Assembly: GCA_039793395.1 (NCBI GenBank)
Contig: JBAMLV010000018.1
Location: 208,038 to 272,037 of the forward strand
Length of the DNA stretch: 64,000 nucleotides
Source: a bacterium
GTDB lineage: Bacteria; Hydrothermota; Tepidihabitantia; Tepidihabitantales; Tepidihabitantaceae
Direction of reading: 5' to 3'
Shown here: piece by piece, positions 50,545-59,401 of the stretch
Position numbering within the stretch: the stretch's first letter is position 1
How the letters are laid out: each line of letters starts with the position of its first letter
Notes under the pieces: model-generated
What the model saw: only the letters and a program-made list of their open reading frames with translations
What the model was told of the DNA's origin: nothing
The model's database searches: none
Translations under genes and position numbers: made by a program

Positions 50545-51192
50545 ATGGTGAACGAGTTTGCCCAGCGCCGGAAACGAATGGTGGAGGAGCAGATTGTTGC
50601 CCGGGGGATAAAGGACCCCAGAGTGGTAACGGCAATGCTTGCTGTGCCCAGGCATCTTTTTGTGCCTCAGGGGGTTGTGCACCAGGCTTATGAGGATTAT
50701 CCGCTGCCAATCGGTCAGGGACAGACCATCTCACAACCCTATATTGTTGCCGCCATGACCGAGGCACTGCAGGTTGACCGGCGGCACAAGGTCCTGGAAA
50801 TCGGAACCGGCTCCGGTTACCAGACGGCAATTCTTGCGGAACTTGCCGGTATGGTTTACACGGTGGAACTTATTGAGGAACTGTCAATTAGAGCCCGGCA
50901 GATTCTGAACCGGCTGGACTACCGGAATATCCGGTTTCGGGTGGGGGATGGCAATCAAGGCTGGCCCGAGTTTGCTCCGTATGACCGGATAATTATTACC
51001 GCGGCTGCTGAGACGATACCGTCGGTGCTGATTGAGCAACTGGTAGAAAGGGGCCGGCTGGTAGGACCGGTGGGGTCAGCCGGGGGACAGAGTCTGATTT
51101 TAGGGGTCAAGCATGGTCGGCGCCTGGTGCAGCGACACTTAATGAGTGTGGTGTTTGTGCCGCTGGTGCGGGGTAAGTCTGGTGTTGACTGA
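50545..51192 (+). CDS. pcm: protein-L-isoaspartate O-methyltransferase
   Basis: 215 aa. SAM motif VLEIGTGSGYQTAILAEL and conserved QTISQPYIVA. Confidence 0.93.
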   Translation: MVNEFAQRRKRMVEEQIVARGIKDPRVVTAMLAVPRHLFVPQGVVHQAYEDYPLPIGQGQTISQPYIVAAMTEALQVDRRHKVLEIGTGSGYQTAILAELAGMVYTVELIEELSIRARQILNRLDYRNIRFRVGDGNQGWPEFAPYDRIIITAAAETIPSVLIEQLVERGRLVGPVGSAGGQSLILGVKHGRRLVQRHLMSVVFVPLVRGKSGVD

Positions 51193-51220
51193 TAAAATTA
51201 ATTGTTTATATTGTTGAGCA

Positions 51221-51295
51221 CGGGGCGTAGCGCAGCTGGTTTAGCGCGCTTGGTTCGGGACCAAGAGGTCGCTGGTTCAAATCCAGTCGCCCCGA
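51221..51295 (+). tRNA. tRNA-Pro (anticodon CGG)
   Basis: CGGGGCGTAGCGCAGCTGGTTTAGCGCGCTTGGTTCGGGACCAAGAGGTCGCTGGTTCAAATCCAGTCGCCCCGA folds as a cloverleaf with anticodon loop TTCGGGA. Confidence 0.93.
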
Positions 51296-51323
51296 TTTCA
51301 GTTTCCAGGGATCGAGCGGGAGT

Positions 51324-51884
51324 ATGTCCGGACCGGATTGGGGCAGGGTTAAAACGCTCATTACCGCTGAGGAGATTGACCGTCGGGTGCGGGAGCTGGC
51401 AGCCCGGATATCAACTGATTATGCAGGGAGAACGCCGCTGGCGGTCGGGATTCTCAAGGGCTCGTGGATTTTTCTCGCTGACCTGGTGCGGCATCTGACG
51501 GTGCCGGTGTTTATTGATTTTATGACGGTCTCCAGCTATGGGATCAGCACCCGGTCTTCCGGAGTGGTTAAGATTGTAATGGATTTGAAATGTCCGCTTG
51601 AGGACCGGGATGTGTTGCTGGTGGAGGATATTCTGGATTCAGGGTTGACATTGCGTTATATAATGAACCATCTGGAGCTGCGCAAGCCCAAGAGTATGAG
51701 GCTGTGCGTGTTGCTGGATAAGCCGGCACGGCGTCAGGTGGAGATCAAGCCTGATTATGTCGGTTTTACCGTGCCGGATAAATTTGTAGTTGGTTACGGC
51801 ATTGATTTTGCCGAACATTACCGGCAGCTGCCGTTTATCGGTTATATTGAAGAGCCGGATAATTCCGAGGAGGAGTGGAAGTGA
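51324..51884 (+). CDS. hpt: hypoxanthine phosphoribosyltransferase
   Basis: 186 aa. PRPP-binding motif VLLVEDILDSGLTL and typical HPRT N-terminus. Confidence 0.92.
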   Translation: MSGPDWGRVKTLITAEEIDRRVRELAARISTDYAGRTPLAVGILKGSWIFLADLVRHLTVPVFIDFMTVSSYGISTRSSGVVKIVMDLKCPLEDRDVLLVEDILDSGLTLRYIMNHLELRKPKSMRLCVLLDKPARRQVEIKPDYVGFTVPDKFVVGYGIDFAEHYRQLPFIGYIEEPDNSEEEWK

Positions 51885-53641
51885 AGCTGCGGCGGAAGGA
51901 GACGGTGAGGGGGGTATCCCGGGTTCAGGAATTTCTGCGGGTGGCGCGGGGCGAGGCACCGGCAGATATCTTGTTGCGCGGTGGTCAGGTGGTTGATGTT
52001 TTTACCGGTGAGGTGCGCCGTGCCGATGTGGCAATCAAGGGGGGCAGTATTGCCGGAGTGGGATTGGAGTACAGGCAGGCAAAGACGGTGATTGATATTC
52101 CCGGGCTTTATGTTGCCCCGGGGTTTATTGAAGGGCATGTTCATATTGAAAGTTCACTGCTGTCGGTCCGGGAATTTGCCCGGCTGTGTCTGATTAACGG
52201 CACAACGACCGTGGTTGCGGACCCGCATGAGATTGCCAATGTTAGCGGCGTGAACGGGGTTGAATATATCAGGCGAGCCAGTCAGGGGCTGCCGGTTGAC
52301 TTCTTTATTGAGGTCCCTTCTTGTGTGCCGGCAACGGCAATGGAAAGTGCGGGCGCCACGCTGGGGGTGAGGGAGGTGGCAAAGTTGCTGAAGGGGGAAA
52401 GGGTTATCGGACTGGCAGAGGTGATGAACTATCCCGGGGTGATTTTCGGTGACCCTGGAATACTCGGAAAGATTGAGCTGACCAGGCGCGCCGGCAAATT
52501 GATTGATGGTCATGCGCCGGGCTTGACCGGTCTGCTGCTGCAGGCTTATGCCGGCGCGGGTATCGGTTCGGACCATGAGTCGGTCGGTCCGGAGGAGGTT
52601 AGAGAGAAGTTGCGTGCCGGAATGAGGGTTTTTATTCGCGAGGGGAAAGCGGCGCGCAACCTTACCGCTTTGCTGCCGGTTGTGAATGATTTTAATCTTC
52701 GCCGGTTCTGTCTGGTGGCGGATGACCCGGACCCCGGGGATTTGCTGTTTGACGGCCATTTGAATTCATTGCTCCGCCGGGCGGTAAGTGCCGGGCTGAA
52801 CCCGGTGGCAGCAATTCAACTGGTAACCATTAATCCGGCAGAGCATTTCCGGTTATATGACCGGGGTGCGGTGGCACCCGGATTGCGCGCTGACCTGGTG
52901 GTGCTGAAAAGTTTGACCGATATGCAGGTGAAGATGGTTTTTAAGGATGGCCGGCTGGTTGCCCGTGACCGGCAGGTGCTGGTCAGGTTGCCGGAGGTGG
53001 ATGACCGGCGGATGAGAAATACGGTGCGGCTTAAAAAAATCAGCATTGAGGATTTTGCGATTAAGGCTGAAGGGGAGTTGTGTAATGTCATCCGGATTGT
53101 TCCGGACCAGATTATTACGGAAAGGCATGTCCAGGTGCCGACGGTTAAAAAGGGAATGGTGGTTGCCGATACCGAACGGGACCTGCTGAAGATTGCGGTG
53201 ATTGAGCGCCACCGGCGGACTGGCAGAATGGGCAAGGGACTGGTTGCCGGCTTCGGGCTGAAAAAGGGTGCACTGGCAACGACCGTTGCCCATGATTCTC
53301 ATAATATTATTGTTGTCGGCACCACCGACCTGGATATGCTGGTGGCGGTGCGGGCACTGGCAAGGATGGGCGGTGGTTATGTGGCGGCAGCAGACGGCAA
53401 GGTGGCAGCGGCACTGGCACTGCCGATCGCGGGTCTGATGTCAGACCGGCGGGCCGAGGTGGTGGTCGCCGGGCTGAAAAAACTGCTAACTAAGGCACGC
53501 AGCTGGGGTTGCCGACTTGCCAATCCCTTCGTAACCCTTTCGTTTCTGGCGCTGGCGGTGATTCCAGAGTTGAAGATTACCGACCGGGGGCTGATTGATG
53601 TCAACCGGTTCCAGCCGATTGGACTGTTTGTTGAGAAGTAA
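51881..53641 (+). CDS. ade: adenine deaminase
   Basis: Amidohydrolase fold with GFIEGHVHIESS and the usual length. Start placed at GTG 51881 (GTGA overlap with the hpt stop, GAGGAGGAG SD). GTG 51875 in the same frame is also possible. Confidence 0.9.
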   Translation: MKLRRKETVRGVSRVQEFLRVARGEAPADILLRGGQVVDVFTGEVRRADVAIKGGSIAGVGLEYRQAKTVIDIPGLYVAPGFIEGHVHIESSLLSVREFARLCLINGTTTVVADPHEIANVSGVNGVEYIRRASQGLPVDFFIEVPSCVPATAMESAGATLGVREVAKLLKGERVIGLAEVMNYPGVIFGDPGILGKIELTRRAGKLIDGHAPGLTGLLLQAYAGAGIGSDHESVGPEEVREKLRAGMRVFIREGKAARNLTALLPVVNDFNLRRFCLVADDPDPGDLLFDGHLNSLLRRAVSAGLNPVAAIQLVTINPAEHFRLYDRGAVAPGLRADLVVLKSLTDMQVKMVFKDGRLVARDRQVLVRLPEVDDRRMRNTVRLKKISIEDFAIKAEGELCNVIRIVPDQIITERHVQVPTVKKGMVVADTERDLLKIAVIERHRRTGRMGKGLVAGFGLKKGALATTVAHDSHNIIVVGTTDLDMLVAVRALARMGGGYVAAADGKVAAALALPIAGLMSDRRAEVVVAGLKKLLTKARSWGCRLANPFVTLSFLALAVIPELKITDRGLIDVNRFQPIGLFVEK

Positions 53642-54107
53642 GAGGTTCATCGGCGTCATTGGTGCCGCCGATTGTGACGAAGCGCTGGCGGTAGCGGCAC
53701 GAGCGATTGGCCGGGGAATTGCCGAAACCGGTGCGGTGCTGGTTTGCGGCGGAATGGGAGGGGTTATGCGTGCCGCCTGTCAGGGTGCCAAAGAGGCGGG
53801 GGGATTGACGGTTGGAATACTGCCCGGTGTGGAAATCACAGCGGCGAATGAGTTTGTTGACCTGCCGATTGCCACCGGACTGGGCGAGGCAAGGAATCTG
53901 ATAATTATCAGAACCGCATCGCTGGTGGTGGCGATCGGCGGTTCGTATGGCACCCTTTCAGAAATTGGTTTTGCCTTGAAGATGGGGAAAATGGTCGTCG
54001 GGTTTAAAACCTGGGATATTCAGGGGGTTGAGAAGGCGGGAAGTGTGGAAGAGGTGTTAGAGAAATTAAAACTCAAGGAGGATAAATGGCAGCCAAGGAG
54101 TATTTGA
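53595..54107 (+). CDS. TIGR00725-type LOG-superfamily Rossmann protein (possible nucleotide N-glycosidase)
   Basis: CGGMGGVM and GGSYGTLSE match the LOG-family GGGxGxM / PGGxGTxxE motifs. The start is uncertain (TTG 53628 is an alternative). Overlaps the ade 3' end and the ALDH 5' end. Confidence 0.68.
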   Translation: MMSTGSSRLDCLLRSKRFIGVIGAADCDEALAVAARAIGRGIAETGAVLVCGGMGGVMRAACQGAKEAGGLTVGILPGVEITAANEFVDLPIATGLGEARNLIIIRTASLVVAIGGSYGTLSEIGFALKMGKMVVGFKTWDIQGVEKAGSVEEVLEKLKLKEDKWQPRSI

Positions 54108-55582
54108 ACTTCATCAATGGCAGGTTTGTACCGGCACGGAGCGGAAACACCTACGAGAATCGCAATCCGGCAGATACTTCAGATTTAATCGGAACCTTTC
54201 CGGCATCCGGGGCTGAGGATGTGGAGGCGGCGGTCACAGCGGCAAAGGCGGCATATCCCAAATGGCGGGCAATTCCGGCACCGCAGCGGGGAGAAATTAT
54301 TCGGCGGGCGACCGAGATTCTGATCCGGCGCAAGGAGGAACTTGCCCGGCTGATGACCCGGGAGATGGGCAAAATCCTGAAGGAAACCCGGGGAGATGTG
54401 CAGGAGGCGATTGATACCGGTCTCTATGCTGCGGGTGAAAGTCGCCGGCTCTGGGGTAAGGTCGTGCCCAGTGAACTGCCGAACAAGGCGGCATATGTCA
54501 TCCGGCAACCGATGGGAGTCTGGGGAATGATCTGCCCCTGGAATTTTCCGATGGCAATTCCCTCGTGGAAACTTTTTCCAGCGCTGGTCTGCGGTAATAC
54601 CGCGGTTATCAAACCGGCAACGCTGACGCCGGCATCGGTGCATGAGTTTGTTGCCGCTTTAACTGAAGCCGGGGTGCCGGCCGGGGTGGTTAATGTGGTT
54701 TATGGCGAAGGTGCGGTCGTGGGCGAGGCGCTCTTGAATCATCCGGATATCTGCGGTATCTCCTTTACCGGTTCTTCGGTGGTGGGCCGGCGGATTGCCG
54801 AGGTGTGTGGCAAGCAGTTGAAGCGCTGCGCGCTGGAACTCGGGGGTAAGAATGCCCAGATTGTGCTCAATGATGCCGACCTGAATCTGGCACTGGAAGG
54901 AATAATCTGGGGTGCATTCGGGACTACCGGTCAGCGGTGTACCGCCACTTCCCGGCTGATTTTGCAGGCGGATATTTATGACCGGTTTTTAGAGATGGTG
55001 GTTGAGCGGGCAAGGCAACTGAAGGTGGGAAATGGTCTGGATGAGTCGGTGGAGATGGGACCGCTGGTCAGCGAAAATCAGCGCAAAATTGTGCACCGGT
55101 ATGTGGAAATCGGCCGGCAGGAAGGGGCACAACTGGTCTGCGGTGGTGAGCCGTTGCAGGATGGAGAATATGGCCGGGGCTATTTCTATCCACCGACCAT
55201 TTTTACCGGGGTTAAGCCCGGGATGCGGATTGCGCAAGAGGAAATTTTCGGTCCGGTGCTCTCGGTGATCAAGGTCCGCAATTTTGACGAGGCGATTGAG
55301 GTTCTGAATAATACCGCCTATGGTCTCTCCTCCTCAATTTATACCCGGGACATCAATCTGGCAATGAAGGCAATTGAACGAATTGAAGCCGGAATTACTT
55401 ATGTGAATGCCCCCACCATCGGCGCGGAATGTCATCTACCTTTCGGCGGCGTAAAGGAGACCGGCAACGGACACCGGGAAGGGGGCTGGACCGCTTATGA
55501 TATTTTCTCCGAATTGAAGACGGTCTACATTGACTATTCCGGAGCGCTGCAGAAGGCACAGATTGATACGGCAAAGGAATGA
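54086..55582 (+). CDS. NAD(P)-dependent aldehyde dehydrogenase
   Basis: 498 aa. ELGGKN general-base motif and catalytic Cys in GQRCTA. SD AAGGAGG. Confidence 0.92.
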   Translation: MAAKEYLNFINGRFVPARSGNTYENRNPADTSDLIGTFPASGAEDVEAAVTAAKAAYPKWRAIPAPQRGEIIRRATEILIRRKEELARLMTREMGKILKETRGDVQEAIDTGLYAAGESRRLWGKVVPSELPNKAAYVIRQPMGVWGMICPWNFPMAIPSWKLFPALVCGNTAVIKPATLTPASVHEFVAALTEAGVPAGVVNVVYGEGAVVGEALLNHPDICGISFTGSSVVGRRIAEVCGKQLKRCALELGGKNAQIVLNDADLNLALEGIIWGAFGTTGQRCTATSRLILQADIYDRFLEMVVERARQLKVGNGLDESVEMGPLVSENQRKIVHRYVEIGRQEGAQLVCGGEPLQDGEYGRGYFYPPTIFTGVKPGMRIAQEEIFGPVLSVIKVRNFDEAIEVLNNTAYGLSSSIYTRDINLAMKAIERIEAGITYVNAPTIGAECHLPFGGVKETGNGHREGGWTAYDIFSELKTVYIDYSGALQKAQIDTAKE

Positions 55583-55643
55583 AGTGCCAATCGGCACCAG
55601 CAACGGCAATCAGTGCCGGGGAACTGAGCGCGGATTTTAAAGG

Positions 55644-56585
55644 ATGCAGATGAAACGGGATTGGGAATTGACGCCGCGGCTGCGGTTCAATCTTCAAAGG
55701 CTGTGGGAGGAGTTTGAGCAGTTGAAAATTCCCGCTGAGTTTGTTAATCTGGAGGGGGGTGGGATTGAACAGCATTATGACCGCCGGTTGAGATTCCATC
55801 ACTGCGCCAATTACGCCGCGGCAATGACAATACTGGGCGGTGAGAATCGTCCGCTCCGGCTGCTGGAACTGGGCTGTGGCAGCGGGGCACTGGCGTTCGG
55901 GTTTGCGCGGACAATGCCGGCGGAATGGACGCTACTGGCGACCGATTATTCCTGGCATTTGATTGATTTTGCCCGGCGTAATTACCAGACACCGAACCTG
56001 AAGTTTGAATGTTTTGATATTGCTCATTTGAACCGCCGGTTGCTGAGTGAATTTGATGCGGTGATGATGCTGGAGGTAATTGAGCATCTGAACCGGAAGC
56101 AGGTGCAGATGCTCTTTTCGCGGTTGCACCGGGGTTTGAAACCTAATGCCCGGGTGATAATTTCAACGCTTGACCGTTCTGCTTTTCGCCGTCCCTTCTC
56201 CGGTTATTGTCATCATAAGACTGAATACAGTTATCAGACATTGAGCCAATTACTGAGCCAGCCGGAGGTTAACCCTTTTACCGAAGTCCGCATTCTGCGG
56301 CTGCTTTCAAGGGATATCGTGGCTGCGGCGGTCCGGGCAGAAGAGCGTGGTGGATATTTCATTAACCGGATTGCCGGAATGGTTAACCGGTTGACCGCGG
56401 GCAGGGGGGGACTCAAGTATTATCAGCAACGGTTGCTGGGCGGAATTGTCCGGATTTACCGCGGGCTATCCCTTTTTAAGACCAGCGACGGGTCTTATCC
56501 TGAGGATATTTATCTGGTGGAGGATGGGGCGGCGGTGCATAATCAGGAGTCGTTCAGTCTGATTGCCGTGCTGACCCAGCGATGA
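55644..56585 (+). CDS. class I SAM-dependent methyltransferase
   Basis: 313 aa. Motif I LLELGCGSGALA and motif post-I/II context (VMMLEVIEHL). Substrate unknown. ATGA overlap with mtnA. Confidence 0.78.
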   Translation: MQMKRDWELTPRLRFNLQRLWEEFEQLKIPAEFVNLEGGGIEQHYDRRLRFHHCANYAAAMTILGGENRPLRLLELGCGSGALAFGFARTMPAEWTLLATDYSWHLIDFARRNYQTPNLKFECFDIAHLNRRLLSEFDAVMMLEVIEHLNRKQVQMLFSRLHRGLKPNARVIISTLDRSAFRRPFSGYCHHKTEYSYQTLSQLLSQPEVNPFTEVRILRLLSRDIVAAAVRAEERGGYFINRIAGMVNRLTAGRGGLKYYQQRLLGGIVRIYRGLSLFKTSDGSYPEDIYLVEDGAAVHNQESFSLIAVLTQR

Positions 56586-57625
56586 TGATGACCGAAATGA
56601 AATTTCCCCGGGTGCTGATTTTCCGCCGGGACTGCCTGCTGCTGCTGGACCAGACCATGCTACCAGCAAGGACTGTTTACCGCCGTTTACATTCGGCGGC
56701 GGAAGTTGCCCGGGCGATTAAGAGGCTGCAGGTGCGTGGCGCACCGTGGATTGGAGTGGCTGCCGGCTATGGTCTGGCGGTTGAGGCACAGCGCCTGCCG
56801 AAAAACCAGATTGTTCGCGGTTTGCACCGGGCAGCAAGATTGCTGGTTAGGGCTCGGCCGACGGCGGTTAATCTGCGCTGGGCAGTGGAGCAGATAATGA
56901 TGGTGGCGGATGGTCACCGGGATAATCCAGCTGAATTACGGCAAGCAGTAATCCGGGAAGCAATTGCCATTGAACAAAATGAACGGCAGCGCTCACTGGC
57001 GATCGCTCAAAACGGCGCCCAACTGATTCTGAGAAACGGTAAGGTGCTGACCATCTGCAATACCGGCATTTTAGCCGGACCGGGTCTGGGAACCGCACTG
57101 GGCGTAGTTTACCAGGCACAGTTTGAGGGTAAAAACCCGACGGTTTTTGTTTGTGAGACCAGACCGCTGTTGCAGGGGGCAAGGTTAACCGCCTGGGAAT
57201 TGAAGCGGAGCGGTATTGAGTTCCGGCTCATCGTGGACAGTGCGGCGGCGAGCGTAATTGAAGAGTGTGACCTGGTGATTGTCGGTGCGGACCGGATTGC
57301 CGGGAACGGTGATACCGCAAATAAAATCGGGACCAGAATGCTGGCGGTGCTGGCAAAAACGGCGGTTAAACCTTTCTATGTTGCCGCCCCCTCATCCACC
57401 TTTGACCTGAAGATTAAGACCGGGGAGGAGATTCCGATTGAACAGCGTTCCGGTAATGAGGTTTTGTATTGTGGTCAGTGCCGGACCGCACCAGCCGGTT
57501 CACCGGTTTACAATCCGGCATTTGATGTTACACCGGCAGGTTACATTTCCGGTTTCATAACTGAGGCGGGGATTATCCAGCCGCCTTATAAAAGAAACAT
57601 CCGGCGGTTGCTTATTCAGTGGTAA
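56582..57625 (+). CDS. mtnA: S-methyl-5-thioribose-1-phosphate isomerase
   Basis: 347 aa. RGAPWIGVAAGYGLA, CNTGILAG and GADRIAGNGDTANKIGT are typical of MtnA / eIF-2B-like isomerases. Confidence 0.88.
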   Translation: MMMTEMKFPRVLIFRRDCLLLLDQTMLPARTVYRRLHSAAEVARAIKRLQVRGAPWIGVAAGYGLAVEAQRLPKNQIVRGLHRAARLLVRARPTAVNLRWAVEQIMMVADGHRDNPAELRQAVIREAIAIEQNERQRSLAIAQNGAQLILRNGKVLTICNTGILAGPGLGTALGVVYQAQFEGKNPTVFVCETRPLLQGARLTAWELKRSGIEFRLIVDSAAASVIEECDLVIVGADRIAGNGDTANKIGTRMLAVLAKTAVKPFYVAAPSSTFDLKIKTGEEIPIEQRSGNEVLYCGQCRTAPAGSPVYNPAFDVTPAGYISGFITEAGIIQPPYKRNIRRLLIQW

Positions 57626-58226
57626 CTACCATCCAGTCAATATTCACCGGTGGCCGGCTCTGGCCGATTTTTTCCAGCACATCCATCCCTTCAATAATCC
57701 TGCCAATAACGGTGTATTTCCCATCCAGCTGGGGCAGGGGCTGGAGGCAGAAGTAGAACTGGCTGCCCGAGGATTCCAGCCGGGGATTAACTTCGTCCGG
57801 TAGCCGTGCCATTGCCATTGCGCCCTTTTCGTGCCGGCGTTTAATCTCTGCCGGAACGGTGTAACCGGGTCCGCCGGTCCCGTCTCCCTTCGGGTCACCC
57901 CCCTGGACAACAAAGCCGGGTTCAATCCGGTGGAATGTCAATCCGTTGTAGAACCCTTTGATTGCCAGATTAGCCACATTTCTGACATTCAGCGGGGCGT
58001 CCTGGGGGTAAAGTTCCACTTTCAGCCGGCCGAAGCCCTGGACCTGTAAAACGAGGAAAAGTTTTGCCGGCAGGGTGCCGGGTAAAAATGTGTCCGTCAC
58101 CACCCCGGGTGGCAGGATAATGGTGTCTTCAGGACGGGGTGTCTGCTCGGAAACCGTTTTTTTCGGACTGCCGCAGCCAAAAAAGATGCCGGCAGTTATT
58201 ACCGTGGAGATTATTGCTCTTAACAT
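57612..58226 (-). CDS. cyclophilin-type peptidyl-prolyl isomerase, lipoprotein
   Basis: Start at ATG 58226 after the AAGGAGG SD. Lipobox IFFGC. FHRIEPGFVVQGGDPKGDGTGGPGY cyclophilin signature. Confidence 0.9.
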   Translation of the reverse strand: MLRAIISTVITAGIFFGCGSPKKTVSEQTPRPEDTIILPPGVVTDTFLPGTLPAKLFLVLQVQGFGRLKVELYPQDAPLNVRNVANLAIKGFYNGLTFHRIEPGFVVQGGDPKGDGTGGPGYTVPAEIKRRHEKGAMAMARLPDEVNPRLESSGSQFYFCLQPLPQLDGKYTVIGRIIEGMDVLEKIGQSRPPVNIDWMVVTTE

Positions 58227-58267
58227 CGGTGTGCCTCCTTTTGTTTGGTTATTTTTCAGCAACAATT

Positions 58268-59401
58268 TTAATATCCCCAACGTCGGGTGCGCTTTGCCCA
58301 GTATTCTTCATAGGCGAGGGTAATGTTCAGTCGCCCGGCAGTTTCCCCAAGCCAGCCACCCGGGGTTCTGCCATTTCGGAAGAGGAGTTCGCCGGCAATG
58401 TCCAGGGCACCAAATTTGGGCAGGGGAATGCCGGCTCCGAGACAAATACCGGATTCGGAAATTGGTTGACCGGCGGCCGTGTTGTAATACCACCGGCTTT
58501 TTGAGTATCCGAATCGGACCGGATACCCCGGGAAAAAGTCATATTCTATTCCGACCGCGCCACGCCAGGTGTTCTGGTAGCCGCTCGGGTTGTGGTTGAT
58601 GGTGGTGTTTGCCCAGTTTCTGATTTCCAGTCCGGCATTGATTGTGGCTTTCGCATTGGGACGGGCAGAGATTCCGAAGTTCAGGGTTGAGGGCAAATGG
58701 AGGTGGTAAGTGGTAAGTGAATCCGTGGCAACACCGTGCAGGTGTTTATAGCTGACCGCGGTCAGGTTGAACGGTAAATCCCAGGTGGCGCCGAGCGTAA
58801 GGATTGAGAACCGGACTGCAGAACCGAGCCGAAAACTCCTGCCGGTGTAGTCGATTTCAATCGTATCGGTCGCCACAATACCTTCAGCCCAGTAGTGCCA
58901 GTTTTCCCTTGTGCCACCCAATAGTTGCTGAAACTGAGCACCAAGGCAGATGTGATTTAATATCGACTGGGCAATACCGATATTCAGGGCGTAAACACCA
59001 CCCCGGTTGACAATGTGATAGCGGGTGGTAGTGTCGGCGATTGATTCTGACCAGACATCAAAGTCCTGATTGAACCGGCTGTCCACGCTGAAAAGAATCC
59101 GGGAACGGTTGAACACCGGCAGGGCAGTATAGAGCGCACCCGGACGCACGGTTGCCTGTGCCCGCTTGTTACCATGCTGATGGGCAATGATGCCAGTGCC
59201 CAATACCGAGGTTTTGATGGTGGTCCGGGATAGTTCGATAAAATTGCCCGGATTAGCGATGGTCAGTGCCAGCGGGTTACCAATAGCAATTGTCCGGGCG
59301 TCTTGCGGCTGGGTGACCTCTCCCAGTCCGTTCAGGTTAAAAAATGATTGTGCGAATGATGCGGAAAAAAGCACCAGGACTAATAAGTTAAGATGTTTCA
59401 T
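58268..59401 (-). CDS. outer-membrane beta-barrel protein (possibly PorV/PorQ-like)
   Basis: Start at ATG 59401 (MKHLNLLVLVLFSASFAQS signal peptide). Alternating beta-strand pattern, aromatic C-terminus (..RRWGY). An N-terminal PQDARTIAIGNP segment resembles the DARxxxMGG motif of PorV/PorQ-type barrels. The family call is weak. Confidence 0.6.
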   Translation of the reverse strand: MKHLNLLVLVLFSASFAQSFFNLNGLGEVTQPQDARTIAIGNPLALTIANPGNFIELSRTTIKTSVLGTGIIAHQHGNKRAQATVRPGALYTALPVFNRSRILFSVDSRFNQDFDVWSESIADTTTRYHIVNRGGVYALNIGIAQSILNHICLGAQFQQLLGGTRENWHYWAEGIVATDTIEIDYTGRSFRLGSAVRFSILTLGATWDLPFNLTAVSYKHLHGVATDSLTTYHLHLPSTLNFGISARPNAKATINAGLEIRNWANTTINHNPSGYQNTWRGAVGIEYDFFPGYPVRFGYSKSRWYYNTAAGQPISESGICLGAGIPLPKFGALDIAGELLFRNGRTPGGWLGETAGRLNITLAYEEYWAKRTRRWGY

